A DNA stretch of 29,042 bases from positions 1-29,042 of the IMG/VR virus record IMGVR_UViG_3300010398_000030. The stretch is one strand, 5' to 3'. The position numbers were made by a program, and so were the translations under genes. Source of the DNA: a virus (taxonomy: Duplodnaviria > Caudoviricetes). Below, in pieces: positions 8,775 through 18,536 of this stretch; position 1 is the stretch's first letter; every line of letters starts with the position of its first letter. A model generated the notes under the pieces. The model was not told the DNA's origin, searched no databases, and saw nothing but the letters and a program-made list of their open reading frames with translations.

Positions 8775-9219
8775 GTCGTTTGTTTACCTCTTCAGCGTCA
8801 GTCATCCAGTGCAACGCAAAGAATCCCTTGCGCTCGATCATCTTCTGGTCCTTGGCGGCGATGAGCGGCCCCATCAGGTCGCCGAGCAGCGATCGGGCGA
8901 CGTCGAGTTCCTCGTGGTTCCAGTCCTTCACGCACAGGAGCGCATCCTGCGGCACCTCGAAAACCGGCAACCCAGTGCATCTGTCATAGACCGTCTCGTC
9001 ACCGATACGCTTGAAGTAACTGATATTCGCGTGCCAGATCGGCGGCACCGTGAACGTCTCCAGCACGAGGCGCAGGTTCCACGGGCCGCAGTGGACTTCG
9101 TACTCCAGACAGGTGACCATGCCCTCGTCGTAACAAGGGTTCCTGGCCGCGATGTAGCGCTGCTTGGTACAGCGCCGTTTCCACATTGCGTATTCATCAC
9201 GGTCAAGAAAATTCTGCAT
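8758..9219 (-). CDS. Hypothetical protein, 153 aa
   Basis: Start abuts the upstream stop (TAGATG), and the sequence is globular-looking. Confidence 0.65.
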   Translation of the reverse strand: MQNFLDRDEYAMWKRRCTKQRYIAARNPCYDEGMVTCLEYEVHCGPWNLRLVLETFTVPPIWHANISYFKRIGDETVYDRCTGLPVFEVPQDALLCVKDWNHEELDVARSLLGDLMGPLIAAKDQKMIERKGFFALHWMTDAEEVNKRLARRN

Positions 9220-9414
9220 CTAGCTCTGGACCGGCTTGGCTTCGAAGTACCCACAGACTGCACATCTGAGGTGGATGTGCTCCTCGCTGGGACAGGTGCT
9301 CAGGCAGTAGGTATCTGGAGGTTTGGTTTCCGAGGAGGCCACCACATAGCGGGCTTCCGTCATCAAACCGATGTGACACTTGGGACATTGTTCGTTGTAG
9401 CTGCTCATGGTCAC
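9220..9414 (-). CDS. Small zinc-ribbon protein, ~64 aa
   Basis: CPKC ... CLSTC ... HIHLRCAVCGY. Start is GTG 9414 or ATG 9408. Confidence 0.65.
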   Translation of the reverse strand: MTMSSYNEQCPKCHIGLMTEARYVVASSETKPPDTYCLSTCPSEEHIHLRCAVCGYFEAKPVQS

Positions 9415-9851
9415 CCCTTCGGCCAGAAGTTCGGGACCGGCCTGTCATTCTCACCCCACGGGTTCACCGGCTTCATGTTGTTGCGCTTGGCGCGTTCGGC
9501 CCTGAGTTCCCAGATCTTGGTCCTGAGCAGGTAGTCATCTTCCTCGCAGAGGTTTTCCAGCTCTGGGTTGCAGGCCCACATCTCGCGCCCGCACTGCACG
9601 CATTCGATCTTCTTGGTGATGATGGACGGCCCGCCGTTACGAGCGGCCTTGACGACGTTGAACGGGAGTTGACGCCAGTCCCACCCAGTGAAGTCCGCAG
9701 TGCGGAGTTCGGCCTGGGTAAAGGAGTCCTTGGGTCTAGGCGATGGTGGTAATGGTTCCGGGTCCGGCGGATCGATCGTTTCCAACTGCTCGACTTCGCC
9801 CTGCGCCGTCTTCACCAGCCGCCTGCGCGGAGGTGCCGCTACTATCTTCAT
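9411..9851 (-). CDS. Hypothetical protein with CxxC motif, 146 aa
   Basis: IECVQCGREMW...LCEED. The stop overlaps the next start (GTGA). Confidence 0.6.
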   Translation of the reverse strand: MKIVAAPPRRRLVKTAQGEVEQLETIDPPDPEPLPPSPRPKDSFTQAELRTADFTGWDWRQLPFNVVKAARNGGPSIITKKIECVQCGREMWACNPELENLCEEDDYLLRTKIWELRAERAKRNNMKPVNPWGENDRPVPNFWPKG

Positions 9852-10098
9852 TGAAGTTCCCTGCGAACACTTCAGCCTCCGTCGGGGTCAGGATCCCCTT
9901 ACTCAGAAGCTGTTTCGCGTAGCTCGCCTCGTATGCGCTCTCATCGAGGTCGAAGCGTGCGACGATCTCCCCGACAACAATCAGCGCCTTCCGGCGTGCC
10001 AGGTTGTTCAGCCACCCGCGCAACAGGCCGTGCAGAAGAAGTGCTTCTTCCTGCGAGATGCCCAGCTTGTTAGCGATGGTGGCCCAGAGCCTGATCAC
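9736..10098 (-). CDS. Hypothetical protein, 120 aa
   Basis: GTGA-coupled to the upstream ORF. The C-terminal ~38 codons overlap the next gene. Confidence 0.5.
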   Translation of the reverse strand: MIRLWATIANKLGISQEEALLLHGLLRGWLNNLARRKALIVVGEIVARFDLDESAYEASYAKQLLSKGILTPTEAEVFAGNFNEDSSGTSAQAAGEDGAGRSRAVGNDRSAGPGTITTIA

Positions 10099-10310
10099 GT
10101 CCAGAATTCGGCTGCTTCTTTCGGGGTCATGACCCGCACTATCCTGACTTCCAAGTGGTCGCCAAGTTTGCGGATCGCAACCATCCGTTCGGGGTGATCG
10201 CCTAGGGTCGCAATGAATTCGGGCGAAAGTTCGATACCTTCTATCTCCAAGCGTCTGACGTCAGATACGTGGAGATCTTCGATGCCGTGTTGTAGCCTGA
10301 CGTCCGCCAT
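10095..10310 (-). CDS. Hypothetical protein, 71 aa
   Basis: TAATG coupling upstream and GTGA coupling downstream. Confidence 0.6.
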   Translation of the reverse strand: MADVRLQHGIEDLHVSDVRRLEIEGIELSPEFIATLGDHPERMVAIRKLGDHLEVRIVRVMTPKEAAEFWT

Positions 10311-10864
10311 TACTCATCCAGCACGTGGTTGGGTGGAGGTGCTCCACCGTTGGGGAACGGTCCCTTGAGGGGATCGGCGGCGTCTGCCTGAATAACTATC
10401 TTCTGCGCGGGCGGCTGGTTGGGATTCTTAGGTCGGGCGAACATGGTGCCTTCGTTTCCCATGAGCGCCTTGGTTGCTTCCTCTTCCTGCTTCTCGCGCA
10501 TCCGGTGCTGGCCGTGCGGGCGGCAGTAAAACTTCTTGGTGCCGTCCGGCATATTCTCATCGAAGGCTGCTTCCTGGCCGCACATCGAGCAGGGATTCTT
10601 CACCGGCACCGCGGTTCCGGCCTGCAACTGGCTGGCCTGCATGATCACTGTACCCGGCGGCGAGGTTGATGCGGATGCTGGCGGCGCTGCGACAGTCGTT
10701 TTCACAACCTTGAATCCAGCGGTGTGGAGCAACTCAAGGATTATGTCGAGCCGTTCCAGCACCATCTCGCCAACCGCAAGCTTCTGCGCCTCGATCTCGA
10801 TCAGTTTCGAGGTATCACGGGTACGCCGCTCGATCTCACTCTTGAGCTTCTTGCCTGCTTCCAT
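10310..10864 (-). CDS. Hypothetical protein with CxxC...CxxH zinc finger, 184 aa
   Basis: PCSMCGQEA...FYCRPHG. TGATG coupling. Confidence 0.65.
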   Translation of the reverse strand: MEAGKKLKSEIERRTRDTSKLIEIEAQKLAVGEMVLERLDIILELLHTAGFKVVKTTVAAPPASASTSPPGTVIMQASQLQAGTAVPVKNPCSMCGQEAAFDENMPDGTKKFYCRPHGQHRMREKQEEEATKALMGNEGTMFARPKNPNQPPAQKIVIQADAADPLKGPFPNGGAPPPNHVLDE

Positions 10865-11064
10865 CAGCGTAACCTTGGGAAAGTCAGCGGCACTTCAACC
10901 ACGCCCAACGCCTGCAGGAGAATGAGCACCAGAACCAGTGCCATCACGACTCTGATGACAACTCGTACCGGTTGAGGCAACGGGATCTGTCCCAATAGCC
11001 AGTCGATCAGGTAAAAAACCAGCCCGACGATGACCAGATAAATCAGCAGTGATATCAATGGCAT
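10864..11064 (-). CDS. Small two-helix membrane protein (Thivi_2564-like; possible holin), 66 aa
   Basis: Two hydrophobic segments separated by IPLPQPVR, with a basic C-terminus. Confidence 0.65.
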   Translation of the reverse strand: MPLISLLIYLVIVGLVFYLIDWLLGQIPLPQPVRVVIRVVMALVLVLILLQALGVVEVPLTFPRLR

Positions 11065-11067
11065 GGG

Positions 11068-11337
11068 TCACACCTTGTTCGGAACGACCAATCCGCTCAT
11101 CTTCTGGATAGCCATGTTCGCTGCGAGTTGACCCGCCGGCACGGCGAGGAAGCGGAGCGCCTCCACGCCACCCTCCCACGATCGCAAAGTGAATTCACCG
11201 ATCTCACGCACGCCGTCGGGGAATTGCCCGATTGCGATTACGCGTACTTCCCATTGCGTGCCATCGGGAGTCACCTGATACAGCCGCCCGACCCACTGGA
11301 TAGGCACGCCCACCTTGAGTTGTCCGTTCTCGCTCAT
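11068..11337 (-). CDS. Hypothetical protein, 89 aa
   Basis: ATGA overlap with the portal stop. Confidence 0.6.
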   Translation of the reverse strand: MSENGQLKVGVPIQWVGRLYQVTPDGTQWEVRVIAIGQFPDGVREIGEFTLRSWEGGVEALRFLAVPAGQLAANMAIQKMSGLVVPNKV

Positions 11338-13514
11338 CCTTGGCTAAAACTTCCTGGTCCGCCCATTTCCGGCGGCATCGCCATCTGCTGCATTCCCTGT
11401 TGCATTGCCAACTGGTGAGCTTGCATCTCACGAGCGGCTTTCACGCGGTTATGGAGGATCTGGTGGCGTTGCATCTCCCCTTTCTGGCGATGTTGCGCTC
11501 CCCTAGTTATGGCGTCAACCGCGAGGTCGGCCATGTGGAGGCCTGCCTCCTGATCGAGCTTGCGGGCTTCGGCCATGGTGCGCTGGGTTTCTGCGGCGAT
11601 GCGCTGGGATTCGGCGGTCATCTTCTGGACCTTGGCCTGAATTAGCTGCGGGTCATCCTGCTTACCCGGCGAAGGCTGTCTCCCCTTAGGAGGCGGCGGT
11701 GGTTGCTGCGAAACCGCCTGCTGGATCTCCTGCACCAGTTGGGTCGGGAACTCCGAGAACTTCAGCCCCTTCAACAGGATCTGCTGGCCGACCGGGATCT
11801 TGAGTAACGGTCCCGCTATCTGCAGGAGGTCGGCCCAGATGCGGGCTTTCAAATTCGGGTTATATCTGACCGACTGATCGAGCACCATGCTGTACGCGAT
11901 CGGCAGATCACTCTTGAGCAGCGGAATCGACTGGCTGTTGAAGTCGCCACCTATGTTGATGAACTGCCCGTGCGACCAGTACTCGCGGATGAACTCGAGG
12001 ATGGTGTGCGCGACGTCTTTTTTAAACCTCGCGATGTTGTCCCATAACCAACCGAGAATTGTTAAGCCACTTTGCAGGCGCTTGTCGATAGTGGGTCCGG
12101 TCTGCTCGCCGGTCGCAACCCCAGCCATCTCGTCCGACACGCCGCTGATGCGGGTCATCGACTCCTTGCTCTCCTGGAAGAGCATGGTCGGAAACGGACT
12201 CACTTGGTTGGGCTGGCGCGGCTTGATGTCGCGGTCGAGGTCCGCATCGCGGTTGGCCTCGATCCACGCATCAGGCTGCGCCCACTGGTTCTTCGCCATG
12301 GTGGGGTCGGCGAAGGTTCCGGTCTTGTAGATCACGCCCCCCTTGGCGTTGGTGATGTATTCGACCACCAGGCTTGAGATCGACTTGTTGAGAGTGCTCT
12401 GCGGGTCTTTCAAGCTGCGGACGCTTCCGTACCAGAGTTTGCGATCGCTGTCCCACTGGCCGGTGATCGGCTTCAAGGTGAAGTCACCCGGCAGCACGAT
12501 CGGATCTTCAAGGATGACTCCCATCGCGACATAGACCTGCTTGTAAATGCCGCGCAACATCCGCACCGCCTTGGGCGGGGGATTCCCGCCCAAAGCGGCC
12601 TTCTTCTTCATCCCCGCCCACTGCTCTTCAGAGAGCGAGATTAGACCGTCGGGATTATTCGGGTCCGCGATCCGCCACACCGGCACATGGTCGATCCACT
12701 GGTACTGGATGACCGGTATGTTGGCGATCCCCGTGGTCGGTTGCGTATCGAGTGCAGGATTGGCGCGTTCGTTCTGCAGCGAATAGTACGGGGTAACGAG
12801 TTCGTACTGACTGACGGAGTCTTCCTGATAGTAAGTCGCCGAGATATCGATGAGCTCCAGTTTCCCGGGCCAGCGCTTCTTGAAGTCGCGGCGCGAGTAG
12901 TCCTTGATGCGGGCGCACCACTGGCGATCGGCGAGGTTCTCCTTGCGGGCCTTCTGGTCCCACACGAACTCCATGTTGGAGAACTTGCGCTTCTCGACCT
13001 GGCCGTCCTCGTCGGTGTCGTAGTTCATAAAGATCTCGACGGTGCCGAGGCCTGCGATCAGGGCATCCTTGATTGCGCCGCTGTCCTCCATCTCGCCGTC
13101 GCAATTGTCCTCGACGGTGGCTACGGCCTCCGTTGCGAGGTCGCCGGCCGCGTCGTGCATCACGTCGCTGTCGAGTGGTCGTGAGACGAACCGGACGTCC
13201 GAGCGGTTGAGGCGCTCCATCCCTGAGATGGCATCTACCTTGTTGCCGATCTCGTTGAACGTCAGTGCCGGTCGCCTCAACTGCTCCATTCGCATCTTGT
13301 CGAGGTCGGGCCACTGGTGGCCGTAGTAGTAGCGGTAGTCTTCCCGTGCCGCGGCACGCCAGCGGTTGACCCCGCCCATGGCACCTTGGATATCGCGCAT
13401 CACCTTGCGCGAGAGTTCCTGCTTTTCGGGATCGTCGTTGGCAACGAACGCGAGCGCGGACGTGGGCGTGTCGCGGCCGACATCGGTCAATTCGCGGAGC
13501 AGATCATCTGCCAT
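11334..13514 (-). CDS. Portal protein, P22-like, 726 aa
   Basis: EDYRYYYGHQW, RPALTFNEIGNKVDAISG, WYGSVRSLKDPQSTLNK and ISGVSDEMAG are typical of P22-like portals. C-terminal coiled coil. Confidence 0.9.
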   Translation of the reverse strand: MADDLLRELTDVGRDTPTSALAFVANDDPEKQELSRKVMRDIQGAMGGVNRWRAAAREDYRYYYGHQWPDLDKMRMEQLRRPALTFNEIGNKVDAISGMERLNRSDVRFVSRPLDSDVMHDAAGDLATEAVATVEDNCDGEMEDSGAIKDALIAGLGTVEIFMNYDTDEDGQVEKRKFSNMEFVWDQKARKENLADRQWCARIKDYSRRDFKKRWPGKLELIDISATYYQEDSVSQYELVTPYYSLQNERANPALDTQPTTGIANIPVIQYQWIDHVPVWRIADPNNPDGLISLSEEQWAGMKKKAALGGNPPPKAVRMLRGIYKQVYVAMGVILEDPIVLPGDFTLKPITGQWDSDRKLWYGSVRSLKDPQSTLNKSISSLVVEYITNAKGGVIYKTGTFADPTMAKNQWAQPDAWIEANRDADLDRDIKPRQPNQVSPFPTMLFQESKESMTRISGVSDEMAGVATGEQTGPTIDKRLQSGLTILGWLWDNIARFKKDVAHTILEFIREYWSHGQFINIGGDFNSQSIPLLKSDLPIAYSMVLDQSVRYNPNLKARIWADLLQIAGPLLKIPVGQQILLKGLKFSEFPTQLVQEIQQAVSQQPPPPPKGRQPSPGKQDDPQLIQAKVQKMTAESQRIAAETQRTMAEARKLDQEAGLHMADLAVDAITRGAQHRQKGEMQRHQILHNRVKAAREMQAHQLAMQQGMQQMAMPPEMGGPGSFSQG

Positions 13515-13517
13515 GGT

Positions 13518-14213
13518 CTAGCGCCCCGTTGTCAGTAACTGCCGCATACGCTCGATCACGGCAGCTTGTTTGGGTGCAGTGCGCGGCAGATTGCGTGCGC
13601 GTTGCACCCATTCCTCTTCATTACTCAGCGGGAACATTGTGCCGCCGATATACTGGTCTAGGTAACTGGTCTGCAAGAATTCATCGAAGGATCGCCTTTC
13701 ATTTTGGGGCTGCGCCTGTTCCTCCTTCCAACGATCTCGTGCGTTCTCCAGATCGTGCGGCGGCATGGTCGCGAGGACTTGCTGCTTGAGGTCGTACCAC
13801 GGCTTATTCACCGGTTGGTCGGTGCGAGGATCTACTTTCCCCAGATAATGAAAGGTTTCTCCCGTCGCCAGCTTTCGTATGTCTTCCTGTGATCGCGGCT
13901 GGTCGAGATAGTGGCGTAACTGAATGTGGAACTGCCCCGGCGTCGGACTGTCCTTGACCCATGGCTCGTAGACTTCCGATTGGTACGGGCCTGTTCCCTT
14001 GCCAACCGTGAACGGGATGTTCGCGAGCAGCGGGTAGTCCCGCTTCATCGACTGCACTATCGGTGCGAACTGGTCTGCCGATTTATCAGACGGCAGTTGG
14101 GGAGGACCACCTGTGCCGCCCAACATATTTCCCATCTGCAACGCTTGTCCTGCCATGCCAGGGGACAGAAATCTGCTCTCGACGGGGCCGGTGCTGTTCT
14201 GTCCACCCATCAC
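13518..14213 (-). CDS. Hypothetical protein at the end of the ejection-protein block, 231 aa
   Basis: GTGA overlap with the 981-aa gene. MGG-type N-terminus followed by a globular domain. Confidence 0.65.
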   Translation of the reverse strand: MMGGQNSTGPVESRFLSPGMAGQALQMGNMLGGTGGPPQLPSDKSADQFAPIVQSMKRDYPLLANIPFTVGKGTGPYQSEVYEPWVKDSPTPGQFHIQLRHYLDQPRSQEDIRKLATGETFHYLGKVDPRTDQPVNKPWYDLKQQVLATMPPHDLENARDRWKEEQAQPQNERRSFDEFLQTSYLDQYIGGTMFPLSNEEEWVQRARNLPRTAPKQAAVIERMRQLLTTGR

Positions 14214-17155
14214 GCCACCGCATTCGCTTGTTGTGGTGGAGGCGCACCTTGTGGTGGAGGCATCGGAGGCGGTGTTGGAGGTGGTGCCGGTTCCGGCACC
14301 TGCGCGGTCTGGCCCATCGCACGCCGCAATTGCACCATGAGCGCCCGTCTCTCTGCGGGTTGCAGGTTCTGTCCCTCGTTCTGGATCTTCTGGGCCAGCG
14401 CCGGCAAGCCCAGCGCCTGCTCATCCGGCGTTCCCTTCGCGAAGGCCTCGATCGCGTCGGGGATGCTCATGCCCTTGAACATATCCGCCGGGGTCGATGG
14501 ACCGGTGGACTCGACCAGCTTGCGAACTTCGGCGCTTGCGAGCCTGCCGCTCTGCAGGTCCTGGTGAATGTTGGGTGTCGAACCCTTGGATACCTGCTTG
14601 TTGAGATCCTCGATCTGATCGACGTGGGTGGAATCTTCCTTGCCGCGTTCGGTTGACATCGCGGTCGCCTGCTTGCGCTCAAGGTCGTCCGCCATGGGAC
14701 CAAATTTCATTTCAGGCGCTGGCTTCCACTTGGGAGGAGGACTGTCTGGTCCCAGCGACGGTGCTGGATTCGCCGGTCCCTCGAGCGGATTGCCGAAGCC
14801 CCTGCGAGTCGCGCCCGCCGCCAGGTTCGCTGCTACGGCCTTGGTGATGTCGCGCTCCCCGGCTTTCGCGAGGATGGCTCCGAGCCTGTCATACGATCGA
14901 TTCGCTAGCGCCGACATCACGGGTGCCGCGTACTCGCTGGTCAGGCTCTTGAGGATCGCCTTCTGGTACATCCGGTAGGCGTTCACGCCAGCTGCGCCGG
15001 CAAACATCATTCCCCAGAACGGGCTGATGTGGCCGGTCATTAGTCCGCCCAGTGCAGCCGCCCCGCCATACGCGAGTGTCGCCCCGGGTCGGGTCATCAT
15101 GTGCAGGATCCATGGCTGACCACCTAGTTCTCCCGCCTTGGGCTGCGCGAACTGCGTCATCATCGGGCCTCTCAAGCCTTGCATCTTGCCGATCTCGCCC
15201 TTGAAGAAATTCGGGTCCGTCATGTTCCCGAAGAACTTGTCGATGAGTTCCTTCTGCGCTTTCGGATCTCCCCGCAGCCCGTTCACTTCCTGCATCACGC
15301 GCTGCCCGACCGGCCCGAGTTCACGGAGTTTGGTCATGCCGTAATCACGCGCCGCGACATAGCTCTTGGTGAAGTCTTCGGCCTTGCCCTTTTCGAATGC
15401 TGCCGTCACCCGGTTGAACGCGTCCGGTGCGACCCTGAGATTCTCCAGTTCACCGGAGACGGCCATCAAGCTCTTGGGATCGGCAAACACCGAACGTGGC
15501 GGCGCGAACCCAGCCACCATCGAGGCGTTCACCTTCGCCTCCGCCTCATTGGTGGTCAGGAAGCGTTCTGGATTGTTCGCCATCCACTCGCCGAAATGCC
15601 TGAAGAGGACTCCCTTCTGGCCGGCGTCGGCATTCGCTCCAAGCCGCTGCATGAGTTGCGGGTCGCTAAACAGCGCATCACCCGCCTCGATCGAGTTGCG
15701 TGCGTTCGCGACCGCCCTGCCAGTCGGTTGACTGTAGTCGAGCTTGAACGAACGATACTGCTGATCCACCGCAGAGAGCCTGGGGAGTGTCTCCTTCGGG
15801 ACCGCACCTTTCAGTGCCTCGTAGGCCTGATCCTCGATGGCACTCGCGGCCTTGGCGCTGACTTCGTCCTTCGAATGCGCGGCCACATCACCCGCCCAAC
15901 GTGCGTATTGGAGGAGATCCTTGACGGGTGCTTCGGTGCGACTCTTTCGTGCGAGTTCAAGGATTTCCTTGACAGGTAGGCCTTTGGCTTCGCCCAGTAC
16001 TTCCTCATATGGGTCGAGGGTGGAACCCGCAACATAGGTCGCCCCTCTCACAGCACGGCCTTTCTGAGCCAAAGTCACTCGCGCAATGTCATCCATCTGC
16101 TTCTCAGTCAAATTTGTCGGGTTGAATACCTTCTTGCCCCAATTGACGAGGTTGTTGACGTCCGCGTTGTAGATCTTGGGGTTGATGCCCTGTGTTGCGT
16201 ATTTTTCTTGATTGCCAATCTCCTTGAGAATTCCGATCGTACTTCCAGGCTTAGCTAGGTGATCCTTGAGCACCGCGTCGTACTTGCCTTTGAATGCATC
16301 CACCTCACCCTTGCGGATGTCGTAGAAAGCTGACGGCAGTTCGTGCGAGTGCGCGAGCCACCGCTGGGTCGGGGTGGCTTCTTCGGCGGCAACCGGTAGA
16401 CCGGGAATGGCAGCAGGCTTCGTCATTTCCGGTACTTGCGCCCAAGCTGCACTTTCCGGCGTGGCGCCCGTCTCGCGCTTGATCACCTCAAGACGTCCCG
16501 CCCGTTCCTCTGGCTTGGTCAGGTAGTCTTTCACCTTGGGTTCCGCTGCTGACGGTACGCCCTCTTGATACGCGTACCGTGTGGCCTCTCCCACCTCGCC
16601 CGCTTTCTCAAGTTGCTTGCTGACTCCACCCGCACCCGGCAATCTTTCACCGATCCATCCCGCCGCCTTGCTCGCTCTATCCGTAATGGGTCCGAGGTAC
16701 GGTTCTAGGTGCGGAGCGACCGCCTTGATGATCCCCGGCAGTTTGCCCGCCAACCACTCACCACCGTAGGCACCGCCTAGATTCAGTGCGTAGTCCTTGA
16801 CGAGTTGTCGCGTGGAGAGATCGATCGGCGTGCCATAGAGAGAGTGATCGATCCACTGGTTAACCCCATCCGCGAAGGTCATGCCTGCGGCGCCGCCCGC
16901 GAGTTGTCCCGCGAAGGCTCCACCTGGAACTGGCGAGAGCAGGCCTGCGGCACCACCTAAAGCTTTGCCGCCTGCGTAACCGGCCAGACCGATACCCTGC
17001 TCCCCTAGCCACACGCCCCAACCTTTCTTCTGCTTGGGTTCTTCGGGCGCTGCTGGTGCGGCAGGCGCAGTCCCAGGCTTGTCAGGAACCCACCCGCCAC
17101 CGGTCGCTGGCGCGGTAGTGGGTGCTGGTGAGGGGCTATCTGGAACCCAAGGCAT
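14210..17155 (-). CDS. Large internal virion / DNA ejection protein, 981 aa
   Basis: Ala/Gly-rich helical protein with N-terminal WVPD repeats and Gly-zipper hydrophobic segments. Largest gene of a GNAT-plus-ejection-type block. Confidence 0.65.
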   Translation of the reverse strand: MPWVPDSPSPAPTTAPATGGGWVPDKPGTAPAAPAAPEEPKQKKGWGVWLGEQGIGLAGYAGGKALGGAAGLLSPVPGGAFAGQLAGGAAGMTFADGVNQWIDHSLYGTPIDLSTRQLVKDYALNLGGAYGGEWLAGKLPGIIKAVAPHLEPYLGPITDRASKAAGWIGERLPGAGGVSKQLEKAGEVGEATRYAYQEGVPSAAEPKVKDYLTKPEERAGRLEVIKRETGATPESAAWAQVPEMTKPAAIPGLPVAAEEATPTQRWLAHSHELPSAFYDIRKGEVDAFKGKYDAVLKDHLAKPGSTIGILKEIGNQEKYATQGINPKIYNADVNNLVNWGKKVFNPTNLTEKQMDDIARVTLAQKGRAVRGATYVAGSTLDPYEEVLGEAKGLPVKEILELARKSRTEAPVKDLLQYARWAGDVAAHSKDEVSAKAASAIEDQAYEALKGAVPKETLPRLSAVDQQYRSFKLDYSQPTGRAVANARNSIEAGDALFSDPQLMQRLGANADAGQKGVLFRHFGEWMANNPERFLTTNEAEAKVNASMVAGFAPPRSVFADPKSLMAVSGELENLRVAPDAFNRVTAAFEKGKAEDFTKSYVAARDYGMTKLRELGPVGQRVMQEVNGLRGDPKAQKELIDKFFGNMTDPNFFKGEIGKMQGLRGPMMTQFAQPKAGELGGQPWILHMMTRPGATLAYGGAAALGGLMTGHISPFWGMMFAGAAGVNAYRMYQKAILKSLTSEYAAPVMSALANRSYDRLGAILAKAGERDITKAVAANLAAGATRRGFGNPLEGPANPAPSLGPDSPPPKWKPAPEMKFGPMADDLERKQATAMSTERGKEDSTHVDQIEDLNKQVSKGSTPNIHQDLQSGRLASAEVRKLVESTGPSTPADMFKGMSIPDAIEAFAKGTPDEQALGLPALAQKIQNEGQNLQPAERRALMVQLRRAMGQTAQVPEPAPPPTPPPMPPPQGAPPPQQANAVA

Positions 17156-17171
17156 ACGCTATAGTTACTCC

Positions 17172-17333
17172 ATGAGAGTATTGGTCGCTGTCTTAGTAAT
17201 TGCGCTTGGCGTTACTTGCGCCTTTGTCACTTGGCCGCATGATCACTGGGTCACCATTCGCGGTATGACTTGCCTGCAACATTCCGATGGTTCGATGGGT
17301 GGTTGTTGGGTTCCCGATCAACCCTCCCAATGA
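17172..17333 (+). CDS. Small membrane-anchored/exported peptide, 53 aa (moron-like; candidate superinfection exclusion)
   Basis: MRVLVAVLVIALGVTCAFVTW...GGCWVPDQPSQ fills the 17156-17317 gap on the opposite strand. TATAGT at 17160-17165 lies 6 nt before the ATG, which suggests a leaderless transcript. Confidence 0.55.
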   Translation: MRVLVAVLVIALGVTCAFVTWPHDHWVTIRGMTCLQHSDGSMGGCWVPDQPSQ

Positions 17334-18523
17334 TGTGAAGCACCGCTGGGATCGACTGCTGTCGGTCGCCCTGACGCATCCGGCGGTCCCGCTTTCCAGC
17401 CCGCCGGTAAGGCAGGTGCTGCTCCACCACCTGGTGCGCCAGTCGTGCCAAGCCGCTGCCCAGTGGTCGGATCAATCCCTTGGTCCCTGAGCCAACCTTC
17501 TTTTTGAGGCCGAGTTAAGCGGTCCCACATACCGGTGCCGTAGCGCTTGTCGAAAGTCTCAGAATAAAGTTTCAGGTTCTTAATACCCTGTGGCTGCGGT
17601 GCCGTGGTCCCAAGATACGAACCTGGCGGCACCTTGTAACCCGGACCAACGAGAACCTCTTCCTGCTGCCCAGTTGGTCCAGTTTGAGTTTCAAGCTTTG
17701 GCTTCACGCCGCCGTACTGGTATTGCTGCTGGAGGTTTGCGGCTTGCTGGTTGAGTTCGTTGACGTGCGCCTGCAGTTCGGCTCTCCGATCATCCGTTAG
17801 CGATGCACTCTGCAGAGCCTCGACAGTCGAGGCGCGGTCCCTCTCTATTTGGGCCTGCTGTATGCCGAGTTCGCCGGGGAGCTTCGCCACTATCTCGCCT
17901 GTCCTTGCCTGTGCTTCCTGCGTCTGGGCAACTTTCTGGCCGATGTCGAATGGCTTGCTGAATACTTCGCTTGGATTCCACGCCTGGGAAGTGTCGCCCT
18001 CGATGGAATCTGCAATCGACAGATATTGATCCCTGACTTGGGGGTCCATGTTGGGGTTGTTCTTTACCGACAGACGCAAGCTCGCAGCGAGATTGTTGTT
18101 GTGCTGGAGGTTGCCGCCGATCTGCCCCGCTCTGACGTCTGCCAGTTTCCCTTCTGCCGTGGCCTTTCCAGTCTCCGCTTGCTCCTTCGCGATCTGTGCT
18201 CCTATCAGGTACGGCTGGTACTGCTCCTTGCGGGCCGACTCGTAGGCCTGCAGTCCACCCAGGCCACCACGCCCGATTGCTCCACCAAGACCCAAGTAGC
18301 GCGGCGAACTGATCGCGCCGAAGTACGCGCCGAGCGCTCCCTGCAAGTAAGGATTGTCGAGAAACGAGGACTGGATCGGAATGTTGCCTAAGTCAGGCCC
18401 AGTGGTCGGCTGCGCTGCTGAACCCGCAGCACCTCCCGCAGCTGGCGCGGCGGCGGCTTGCGGAGTTCCACCGCCGAAGATGCTTTTGATTCCCTGAAAT
18501 ATGTTAGGCAGTCCGCCACCCAT
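17318..18523 (-). CDS. Putative DNA ejection/transfer protein, 401 aa
   Basis: Gly/Ala-rich N-terminus, LGGAIGRGGLGGLQAY segment and Gln-rich coiled coil. AGAGGT RBS. Confidence 0.65.
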   Translation of the reverse strand: MGGGLPNIFQGIKSIFGGGTPQAAAAPAAGGAAGSAAQPTTGPDLGNIPIQSSFLDNPYLQGALGAYFGAISSPRYLGLGGAIGRGGLGGLQAYESARKEQYQPYLIGAQIAKEQAETGKATAEGKLADVRAGQIGGNLQHNNNLAASLRLSVKNNPNMDPQVRDQYLSIADSIEGDTSQAWNPSEVFSKPFDIGQKVAQTQEAQARTGEIVAKLPGELGIQQAQIERDRASTVEALQSASLTDDRRAELQAHVNELNQQAANLQQQYQYGGVKPKLETQTGPTGQQEEVLVGPGYKVPPGSYLGTTAPQPQGIKNLKLYSETFDKRYGTGMWDRLTRPQKEGWLRDQGIDPTTGQRLGTTGAPGGGAAPALPAGWKAGPPDASGRPTAVDPSGASHHWEG

Positions 18524-18536
18524 GGTTCACCTCTAC

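Noticed and set aside
5813-9534. Long plus-strand ORFs (e.g. 5813-6874, 8683-9534; likewise 15179-15979 and 24147-24890)
   Set aside because: These are antisense shadows of well-supported minus-strand genes, as expected in high-GC DNA.
13840-13870. ATGETFHYL in the 231-aa ORF as a zincin HExxH protease motif
   Set aside because: The first His is replaced by Gly, so there is not enough support without a structure search.
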